This document shows positions 1-10,430 of a stretch of 64,000 nucleotides of DNA, in pieces. The stretch's first letter is position 1; each line of letters starts with the position of its first letter. Under the pieces are notes generated by a model that saw only the letters and a program-made list of their open reading frames with translations, was not told the origin of the DNA and did not search any database. Source of the DNA: Tubulanus polymorphus. Its lineage: Eukaryota > Animalia > Nemertea. The position numbers and the translations under genes are program-made. The DNA is taken from positions 310,001-374,000 of the forward strand of contig NC_134028.1 in NCBI RefSeq assembly GCF_964204645.1. The letters run 5' to 3'.

Positions 1-31
1 GAAAATGCTGATTCTTTCCACCTATCTATTT

Positions 32-133
32 GAAATCAGTTCAGTTCACCCTAACCCATCAATTAAGATAGAATTCATCATCTTTAGGACCCTATTTTGC
101 AAGAAAAATCTGTATCTTTCAGTCCATCTACTC
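32..133 (+). repeat. Monomer type A (exemplar): GAAATCAGTTCAGT(A/T)CACCCTAACCCATCAATTAAGATAGAA(T/C)TCATCATCTTTAGGACCCTATTTTGCAAGAAAAATCTGTATCTTTCAGTCCATCTACTC
   Basis: Read directly. About 25 differences from B and about 28 from C1 out of 102 (hand count). Carries a polymorphic EcoRI site (GAATTC/GAACTC). Confidence 0.95.
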
Positions 134-235
134 GAAATCAGTTCAGTTTACCTTAACCTATCATTTCAGATCGAGTCCATCATCTTCAGGAGCATAAATA
201 GCCAGAAAATTCTTAATCTTTCCACCTATCTATTT
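134..235 (+). repeat. Monomer type B (exemplar): GAAATCAGTTCAGT(T/C)TACCTTAACCTATCATTTCAGATCGAGTCCATCATCTTCAGGAGCATAAATAGCCAGAAAATTCTTAATCTTTCCACCTATCTATTT
   Basis: Read directly. Follows every A monomer I examined. About 16 differences from C1. Confidence 0.95.
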
Positions 236-337
236 GAAATCAGTTCAATACGCCTTAGCCCATCTTTTCAGATTGAGTCCATCATCTTCAGAACCAAAGG
301 CAGCCAGAAAATTCTGATTCTTTCCACCTATCTATTT
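236..337 (+). repeat. Monomer type C (exemplar C1), the optional third monomer; subtypes are C1 (CTTAGCCCA...GAGTCC...AAAGGC), C2 (CTTAACACA...GAATCC...AAAAGC) and C3 (CTTAACCCA...GAATCC...AAAAGC)
   Basis: Read directly. Begins GAAATCAGTTCAATACGCC. The linked diagnostic sites recur together throughout the window. Confidence 0.93.
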
Positions 338-2581
338 GAAATCAGTTCAGTTCACCCTAACCCATCAATTAAGATAGAATTCATCATCTTTAGGACCCTA
401 TTTTGCAAGCAAAATCTGTATCTTTCAGTCCATCTATTCGAAATCAGTTCAGTTTACCTTAACCTATCATTTCAGATCGAGTCCATCATCTTCAGGAGCA
501 TAAATAGCCAGAAAATTCTTAATCTTTCCACCTATCTATTTGAAATCAGTTCAGTACACCCTAACCCATCAATTAAGATAGAACTCATCATCTATAGGAC
601 CCTATTTTGCAAGAAAAATCTGTATCTTTCAGTCCATCTACTCGAAATCAGTTCAGTCTACCTTAACCTATCATTTCAGATCGAGTCCATCATCTTCAGG
701 AGCATAAATAGCCAGAAAATTCTTAATCTTTCCACCTATCTATTTGAAATCAGTTCAATACGCCTTAACACATCTTTTCAGATTGAATCCATCATCTTCA
801 GAACCAAAAGCAGCCAGAAAATTCTGATTCTTGCCACCTATCTATTTGAAATCAGTTCAGTACACCCTAACCCATCAATTAAGATAGAACTCATCAACTT
901 TAGGACCCTATTTTGCAAGAAAAATCTGTATCTTTCAGTCCATCTACTCGAAATCAGTTCAGTCTACCTTAACCTATCATTTCAGATCGAGTCCATCATC
1001 TTCAGGAGCATAAATAGCCAGAAAATTCTTAATCTTTCCACCTATCTATTTGAAATCAGTTCAATACGCCTTAACCCATCTTTTCAGATTGAATCCATCA
1101 TCTTCAGAACCAAAAGCAGCCAGAAAATTCTGATTCTTTCCACCTATCTATTTGAAATCAGTTCAGTACACCCTAACCCATCAATTAAGATAGAATTCAT
1201 CATCTTTAGGACCCTATTTTGCAAGAAAAATTTGTATCTTTCAGTCCATCTACTCGAAATCAGTTCAGTTTACCTTAACCTATCATTTCAGATCGAGTCC
1301 ATCATCTTCAGGAGCATAAATAGCCAGAAAATTCTAAATCTTTCCACCTATCTATTTGAAATCAGTTCAGTACACCCTAACCCATCAATTAAGATAGAAC
1401 TCATCATCTTTAGGACCCTATTTTGCAAGAAAAATCTGTATCTTTCAGTCCATCTACTCGAAATCAGTTCAGTCTACCTTAACCTATCATTTCAGATCGA
1501 GTCCATCATCTTCAGGAGCATAAATAGCCAGAAAATTCTTAATCTTTCCACCTATCTATTTGAAATCAGTTCAATACGCCTTAACACATCTTTTCAGATT
1601 GAATCCATCATCTTCAGAACCAAAAGCAGCCAGAAAATTCTGATTCTTTCAACCTATCTATTTGAAATCAGTTCAGTACACCCTAACCCATCAATTAAGA
1701 TAGAATTTATCATCTTTAGGACCCTATTTTGCAAGAAAAATCTGTATCTTTCAGTCCATCTACTCGAAATCAGTTCAGTTTACCTTAACCTATCATTTCA
1801 GATCGAGTCCATCATCTTCAGGGGCATAAATAACCAGAAAATTCTTAATCTTTCCACCTATCTATTTGAAATCAGTTCAGTACACCCTAACCCATCAATT
1901 AAGATAGAATTCATCATCTTTAGGACCCTATTTTGCAACAAAAATCTGTATCTTTCAGTCCATCTACTCGAAATCAGTTCAGTTTTCCTTACCCTATCAT
2001 TTCAGATCGAGTCCATCATCTTTAGGAGCATAAATAGCCAGAAAATTCTTAATCTTTCCACCTATCTATTTGAAATCAGTTCAGTACACCCTAACCCATC
2101 AATTAAGATAGAATTCATCATATTTAGGACCCTATTTTGCAAGAAAAATTTGTATCTTTCAGTCCATCTACTCGAAATCAGTTCAGTTTACCTTAACCTA
2201 TCATTTCAGATCGAGTCCATCATCTTCAGGAGCATAAATAGCCAGAAAATTCTTAATCTTTCCACCTATCTATTTGAAATCAGTTCAATACGCCTTAGCC
2301 CATCTTTTCAGATTGAGTCCATCATCTTCAGAACCAAAGGCAGCCAGAAAATTCTGATTCTTTCCACCTATCTATTTGAAATCAGTTCAGTTCACCCTAA
2401 CCCATCAATTAAGATAGAATTTATCATCTTTAGGACCCTATTTTGCAAGAAAAATCTGTATCTTTCAGTCCATCTACTCGAAATCAGTTCAGTTTACCTT
2501 AACCTATCATTTCAGATCGAGTCCATCATCTTCAGGAGCATAAATAGCCAGAAAATTCTTAATCTTTCCCCCTATCCATTT

Positions 2582-2683
2582 GAAATCAGTTCAATACGCC
2601 TTAACCCATCTTTTCAGATTGAATCAATCAACTTCAGAAGTATAAGCAGTCAGAAATTTCTGAATCTTTCAACCAATCTATTG
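2582..2683 (+). repeat. Rare monomer type D (C-like 5' half, divergent 3' half); other copies start at 12633, 16407, 25438, 28498, 31456, with a diverged copy at 60928
   Basis: Diagnostic string GAATCAATCAACTTCAGAAGTATAAGCAGTCAGAAATTTCTGAATCTTTCAACCAATCTATTG. Confidence 0.9.
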
Positions 2684-4489
2684 AAAATCAGTTCAGTACA
2701 CCCTAACCCAACAGTTAAGATAGAATTCATCATCTTTAGGACCCTATTTTGCAAGAAAAATCTGTATCTTTCAGTCCATCTACTCGAAATTAGTTCAGTT
2801 TACCTTAACCTATCATTTCAGATCGAGTCCATCATCTTCAGGAGCATAAATAGCCAGAAAATTCTTAATCTTTCCACCTATCTATTTGAAATCAGTTCAA
2901 TACGCCTTAACCCAACTTTTCAGATTGAATCCATCATCTTCAGAACCAAAAGCAGCCAGAAAATTCTGATTCTTTCTACCTATCTATTTGAAATCAGTTC
3001 AGTACACCCTAACCCATCAATTAAGATAGAATTCATCATCTTTAGGACCCTATTTTGCAAGAAAAATCTGTATCTTTCAGTCCATCTACTCGAAATCAGT
3101 TCAGTTTACCTTAACCTATCATTTCAGATCGAGTCCATCATCTTCAGGAGCATAAATAGCCAGAAAATTCTTAATCTTTCCACCTATCTATTTGAAATCA
3201 GTTCAGTACACCCTAACCCATCAATTAAGATAGAACTGATCATCTTTAGGACCCTATTTTGCAAGAAAAATCTGTATCTTTCAGTCCATCTACTCGAAAT
3301 CAGTTCAGTCTACCTTAACCTATCATTTCAGATCGAGTCCATCATCTTCAGGAGCATAAATAGCCAGAAAATTCTTAATCTTTCCACCTATCTATTTGAA
3401 ATCAGTTCAATACGCCTTAACACATCTTTTCAGATTGAATCCATCATCTTCAGAACCAAAAGCAGCCAGAAAATTCTGATTCTTTCAACCTATCTATTTG
3501 AAATCAGTTCAGTACACCCTAACCCATCAATTAAGATAGAATTCATCATCTTTAGGACCCTATTTTGCAAGAAAAATCTGTATCTTTCAGTCCATCTACT
3601 CGAAATCAGTTCAGTTTACCTTAACCTATCATTTCAGATCGAGTCCATCATCTTCAGGAGCATAAATAACCAGAAAATTCTTAATCTTTCCACCTATCTA
3701 TTTGAAATCAGTTCAGTACACCCTAACCCATCAATTAAGATAGAACTCATCATCTTTAGGACCCTATTTTGCAAGAAAAATCTGTATCTTTCAGTCCATC
3801 TACTCGAAATCAGTTCAGTCTACCTTAACCTATCATTTCAGATCGAGTCAATCATCTTCAGGAGCATAAATAGCCAGAAAATTCTTAATCTATCGACCTA
3901 TCTATTTGAAATCAGTTCAATACGCCTTAACACATCTTTTCAGATTGAATCCATTATCTTCAGAACCAAAAGCAGCCAGAAAATTCTGATTCTTTCAACC
4001 TATCTATTTGAAATCAGTTCAGTACACCCTAACCCATCAATTAAGATAGAATTTATCATCTTTAGGACCCTATTTTGCAAGAAAAATCTGTATCTTTCAG
4101 TCCATCTACTCGAAAACAGTTCAGTTTACCTTAACCTATCATTTCAGATCGAGTCCATCATCTTCAGGAGCATAAATAGCCAGAAAATTCTTAATCTTTC
4201 CACCTATCTATTTGAAATCAGTTCAATACGCCTTAGCCCATCTTTTCAGATTGAGTCCATCATCTTCAGAACCAAAGGCAGCCAGAAAATTCTTAATCTT
4301 TCCACCTATCTATTTGAAATCAGTTCTGTACACCCTAACCCATCAATTAAGATAGAATTCATCATCTTTAGGACCCTATTTTGCAACAAAAATCTGTATC
4401 TTTCAGTCCATCTACTCGAAATCAGTTCAGTTTACCTTAACCTATCATTTCAGATCGAGTCCATCATCTTCAGGAGCATAGATAGCAAG

Positions 4490-7400
4490 AAAATTCTTAA
4501 TCTTTCCACCTATCTATTTGAAATCAGTTCAGTACACCCTAACCCATCAATTAAGATAGAACTCATCATCTTTAGGACCCTATTTTGCAAGAAAAATCTG
4601 TATCTTTCAGTCCATCTACTCGAAATCAGTTCAGTCTACCTAAACCTATCATTTCAGATCGAGTCCATCATCTTCAGGAGCATAAATAGCCAGAAAATTC
4701 TTAATCATTCCACCTATCTATTTGAAATCAGTTCAATACGCCTTAACACATCTTTTCAGATTGAATCCATCATCTTCAGAACCAAAAGCAGCCAGAAAAT
4801 TCTGATTCTTTCAACCTATCTATTTGAAATCAGTTCAGTACACCCTAACCCATCAATTAAGATAGAATTCATCATCTTTAGGACCCTATTTTGCAACAAA
4901 AATCTGTATCTTTCAGTCCATCTACTCGAAATCAGTTCAGTTTACCTTAACCTATCATTTCAGATCGCGTCCATCATCTTCAGGAGCATAGATAGCCAGA
5001 AAATTCTTAATATTTCCACCTATCTATTTGAAATCAGTTCAGTACACCCTAACCCATCAATTAAGATAGAACTCATCATCTTTAGGACCCTATTTTGCAA
5101 GAAAAATCTGTATCTTTCAGTCCATCTACTCGAAATCAGTTCAGTTTACCTTAACCTATCATTTCAGATCGAGTCCATCATCTTCAGGAGCATAAATAGC
5201 CAGAAAATTCTTTATCTTTTCACCTATCTATTTGAAATCAGTTCAATACGCCTTAGCCCATCTTTTCAGATTGAGTCCATCATCTTCAGAACCAAAGGCA
5301 GCCAGAAAATTCTGATTCTTTCCACCTATCTATTTGAAATCAGTTCAGTACACCCTAACCCATCAATTAAGATAGAATTCATCATCTTTAGGACCCTATT
5401 TTGCAAGAAAAATCTGTATCTTTCAGTCCATCTACTCGAAATCAGTTCAGTTTACCTTAACCTATCATTTCAGATCGAGTCCATCATCTTCAGGAGCATA
5501 AATAGCCAGAAAATTCTTAATCTTTCCACCTATCTATTTGAAATCAGTTCAGTACACCCTAACCCATCAATTAAGATAGAATTCATCATCTTTAGGACCC
5601 TATTTTTCAAGAAAAATTTGTATCTTTCAGTCCATCTACTCGAAATCAGTTCAGTTTACCTTAACCTATCATTTCAGATCGAGTCCATCATCTTCAGGAG
5701 CATAAATAGCCAGAAAATTCTTAATCTTTCCACCTATCTATTTGAAATCAGTTCAATACGCCTTAGCCCATCTTTTCAGATTGAGTCCATCATCTTCAGA
5801 ACCAAAGGCAGCCAGAAAATTCTTAATCTTTCCACCTATCTATTTGAAATCAGTTCAATACGCCTTAACCCATCAATTAAGATAGAATTCATCATCTTTA
5901 GGACCCTATTTTGCAAGAAAAATCTGTATCTTTCAGTCCATCTACTCGAAATCAGTTCAGTTTACCTTAACCTATCATTTCAGATCGAGTCCATCATCTT
6001 CAGGAGCATAAATAGCCAGAAAATTCTTAATCTTTCCACCTATCTATTTGAAATCAGTTCAATACGCCTTAACACATCTTTTCAGATTGAATCCATCATC
6101 TTCAGAACATAAAGCAGCCAGAAAATTCTGATTCTTTCCACCTATCTATTTGAAATCAGTTCAGTACACCCTAACCCATCAATTAAGATAGAACTCATCA
6201 TCTTTAGGACCCTATTTTGCAAGAAAAATCTGTATCTTTCAGTCCATCTACTCGAAATCAGTTCAGTCTACCTAACCTATCATTTCAGATCGAGTCCATC
6301 ATCTTCAGGAGCATAAATAGCCAGAAAATTCTTAATCTTTCCACCTATCTATTTGAAATCAGTTCAATACGCCTTAGCCCATCTTTTCAGATTGAGTCCA
6401 TCATCTTCAGAACCAAAGGCAGCCAGAAAATTCTGATTCTTTCCACCTATCTATTCGAAATAAGTTCAGTTCACCCTAACCCATCAATTAAGATAGAATT
6501 TATCATCTTTAGGACCCTATTTTGCAAGAAAAATCTGTATCTTTCAGTCCATCTACTCGAAATCAGTTCAGTTTACCTTAACCTATCATTTCAGATCGAG
6601 TCCATCATCTTCAGGAGCATAAATAGCCAGAAAATTCTTAATCTTTCCACCTATCTATTTGAAATCAGTTCAGTACACCCTAACCCATCAATTAAGATAG
6701 AACTCATCATCTTTAGGACCCTATTTTGCAAGAAAAATCTGTATCTTTCAGTCCATCTACTCGAAATCAGTTCAGTCTACCTTAACCTATCATTTCAGAT
6801 CGAGTCCATCATCTTCAGGAGCATAAATAGCCAGAAAATTCTTAATCTTTCCACCTATCTATTTGAAATCAGTTCAGTACACCCTAACCCATCAATTAAG
6901 ATAGAACTCATCATCTTTAGGACCCTATTTTGCAAGAAAAATCTGTATCTTTCAGTCCATCTACTCGAAATCAGTTCAGTCTACCTAAACCTATCATTTC
7001 AGATCGAGTCCATCATCTTCAGGAGCATAAATAGCCAGAAAATTCTTAATCATTCCACCTATCTATTTGAAATCAGTTCAATACGCCTTAACACATCTTT
7101 TCAGATTGAATCCATCATCTTCAGAACCAAAAGCAGCCAGAAAATTCTGATTCTTTCAACCTATCTATTTGAAATCAGTTCAGTACACCCTAACCCATCA
7201 ATTAAGATAGAATTCATCATCTTTAGGACCCTATTTTGCAACAAAAATCTGTATCTTTCAGTCCATCTACTCGAAATCAGTTCAGTTTACCTTAACCTAT
7301 CATTTCAGATCGCGTCCATCATCTTCAGGAGCATAGATAGCCAGAAAATTCTTAATATTTCCACCTATCTATTTGAAATCAGTTCAGTACACCCTAACCC

Positions 7401-10400
7401 ATCAATTAAGATAGAACTCATCATCTTTAGGACCCTATTTTGCAAGAAAAATCTGTATCTTTCAGTCCATCTACTCGAAATCAGTTCAGTTTACCTTAAC
7501 CTATCATTTCAGATCGAGTCCATCATCTTCAGGAGCATAAATAGCCAGAAAATTCTTTATCTTTTCACCTATCTATTTGAAATCAGTTCAATACGCCTTA
7601 GCCCATCTTTTCAGATTGAGTCCATCATCTTCAGAACCAAAGGCAGCCAGAAAATTCTGATTCTTTCCACCTATCTATTTGAAATCAGTTCAGTACACCC
7701 TAACCCATCAATTAAGATAGAATTCATCATCTTTAGGACCCTATTTTGCAAGAAAAATCTGTATCTTTCAGTCCATCTACTCGAAATCAGTTCAGTTTAC
7801 CTTAACCTATCATTTCAGATCGAGTCCATCATCTTCAGGAGCATAAATAGCCAGAAAATTCTTAATCTTTCCACCTATCTATTTGAAATCAGTTCAGTAC
7901 ACCCTAACCCATCAATTAAGATAGAATTCATCATCTTTAGGACCCTATTTTTCAAGAAAAATTTGTATCTTTCAGTCCATCTACTCGAAATCAGTTCAGT
8001 TTACCTTAACCTATCATTTCAGATCGAGTCCATCATCTTCAGGAGCATAAATAGCCAGAAAATTCTTAATCTTTCCACCTATCTATTTGAAATCAGTTCA
8101 ATACGCCTTAGCCCATCTTTTCAGATTGAGTCCATCATCTTCAGAACCAAAGGCAGCCAGAAAATTCTTAATCTTTCCACCTATCTATTTGAAATCAGTT
8201 CAATACGCCTTAACCCATCAATTAAGATAGAATTCATCATCTTTAGGACCCTATTTTGCAAGAAAAATCTGTATCTTTCAGTCCATCTACTCGAAATCAG
8301 TTCAGTTTACCTTAACCTATCATTTCAGATCGAGTCCATCATCTTCAGGAGCATAAATAGCCAGAAAATTCTTAATCTTTCCACCTATCTATTTGAAATC
8401 AGTTCAATACGCCTTAACACATCTTTTCAGATTGAATCCATCATCTTCAGAACATAAAGCAGCCAGAAAATTCTGATTCTTTCCACCTATCTATTTGAAA
8501 TCAGTTCAGTACACCCTAACCCATCAATTAAGATAGAACTCATCATCTTTAGGACCCTATTTTGCAAGAAAAATCTGTATCTTTCAGTCCATCTACTCGA
8601 AATCAGTTCAGTCTACCTAACCTATCATTTCAGATCGAGTCCATCATCTTCAGGAGCATAAATAGCCAGAAAATTCTTAATCTTTCCACCTATCTATTTG
8701 AAATCAGTTCAATACGCCTTAGCCCATCTTTTCAGATTGAGTCCATCATCTTCAGAACCAAAGGCAGCCAGAAAATTCTGATTCTTTCCACCTATCTATT
8801 CGAAATAAGTTCAGTTCACCCTAACCCATCAATTAAGATAGAATTTATCATCTTTAGGACCCTATTTTGCAAGAAAAATCTGTATCTTTCAGTCCATCTA
8901 CTCGAAATCAGTTCAGTTTACCTTAACCTATCATTTCAGATCGAGTCCATCATCTTCAGGAGCATAAATAGCCAGAAAATTCTTAATCTTTCCACCTATC
9001 TATTTGAAATCAGTTCAGTACACCCTAACCCATCAATTAAGATAGAACTCATCATCTTTAGGACCCTATTTTGCAAGAAAAATCTGTATCTTTCAGTCCA
9101 TCTACTCGAAATCAGTTCAGTCTACCTTAACCTATCATTTCAGATCGAGTCCATCATCTTCAGGAGCATAAATAGCCAGAAAATTCTTAATCTTTCCACC
9201 TATCTATTTGAAATCAGTTCAGTACACCCTAACCCATCAATTAAGATAGAACTCATCATCTTTAGGACCCTATTTTGCAAGAAAAATCTGTATCTTTCAG
9301 TCCATCTACTCGAAATCAGTTCAGTCTACCTAAACCTATCATTTCAGATCGAGTCCATCATCTTCAGGAGCATAAATAGCCAGAAAATTCTTAATCATTC
9401 CACCTATCTATTTGAAATCAGTTCAATACGCCTTAACACATCTTTTCAGATTGAATCCATCATCTTCAGAACCAAAAGCAGCCAGAAAATTCTGATTCTT
9501 TCAACCTATCTATTTGAAATCAGTTCAGTACACCCTAACCCATCAATTAAGATAGAATTCATCATCTTTAGGACCCTATTTTGCAACAAAAATCTGTATC
9601 TTTCAGTCCATCTACTCGAAATCAGTTCAGTTTACCTTAACCTATCATTTCAGATCGCGTCCATCATCTTCAGGAGCATAGATAGCCAGAAAATTCTTAA
9701 TATTTCCACCTATCTATTTGAAATCAGTTCAGTACACCCTAACCCATCAATTAAGATAGAATTCATCATCTTTAGGACCCTATTTTGCAAGAAAAATCTG
9801 TATCTTTCAGTCCATCTACTCGAAATCAGTTCAGTTTACCTTAACCTATCATTTCAGATCGAGTCCATCATCTTCAGGAGCATAAATAGCCAGAAAATTC
9901 TTAATCTTTCCACCTATCTATTTGAAATCAGTTCAGTACACCCTAACCCATCAATTAAGATAGAATTCATCATCTTTAGGACCCTATTTTTCAAGAAAAA
10001 TTTGTATCTTTCAGTCCATCTACTCGAAATCAGTTCAGTTTACCTTAACCTATCATTTCAGATCGAGTCCATCATCTTCAGGAGCATAAATAGCCAGAAA
10101 ATTCTTAATCTTTCCACCTATCTATTTGAAATCAGTTCAATACGCCTTAGCCCATCTTTTCAGATTGAGTCCATCATCTTCAGAACCAAAGGCAGCCAGA
10201 AAATTCTTAATCTTTCCACCTATCTATTTGAAATCAGTTCAATACGCCTTAACCCATCAATTAAGATAGAATTCATCATCTTTAGGACCCTATTTTGCAA
10301 GAAAAATCTGTATCTTTCAGTCCATCTACTCGAAATCAGTTCAGTTTACCTTAACCTATCATTTCAGATCGAGTCCATCATCTTCAGGAGCATAAATAGC

Positions 10401-10430
10401 CAGAAAATTCTTAATCTTTCCACCTATCTA
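4490..10430. repeat. 2345-bp higher-order repeat (23 monomers minus 1 bp): two copies plus a partial third
   Basis: CCTAAACC variant at 4641/6986/9331; stop at 6112/8457; ORF starts 6217/8562; C/A chimera at 5846/8191/10230. Confidence 0.88.

Noticed and set aside
49-57. True telomeric or interstitial telomeric tract
   Set aside because: Only 1.5 units per A monomer, never tandem.
32-337. TALE, TPR, PPR or ankyrin repeat gene (34 aa / 102 bp)
   Set aside because: Only the length matches. There is no LTPxQVVAIAS..GGKQAL, no TPR small/aromatic pattern and no TPLH motif in the frames I translated, and there is no hypervariable di-residue.
32-337. Standard-code minus-strand ORF
   Set aside because: One minus frame is open in A only (SRWTERYRFF...). 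B has stops in all three minus frames.
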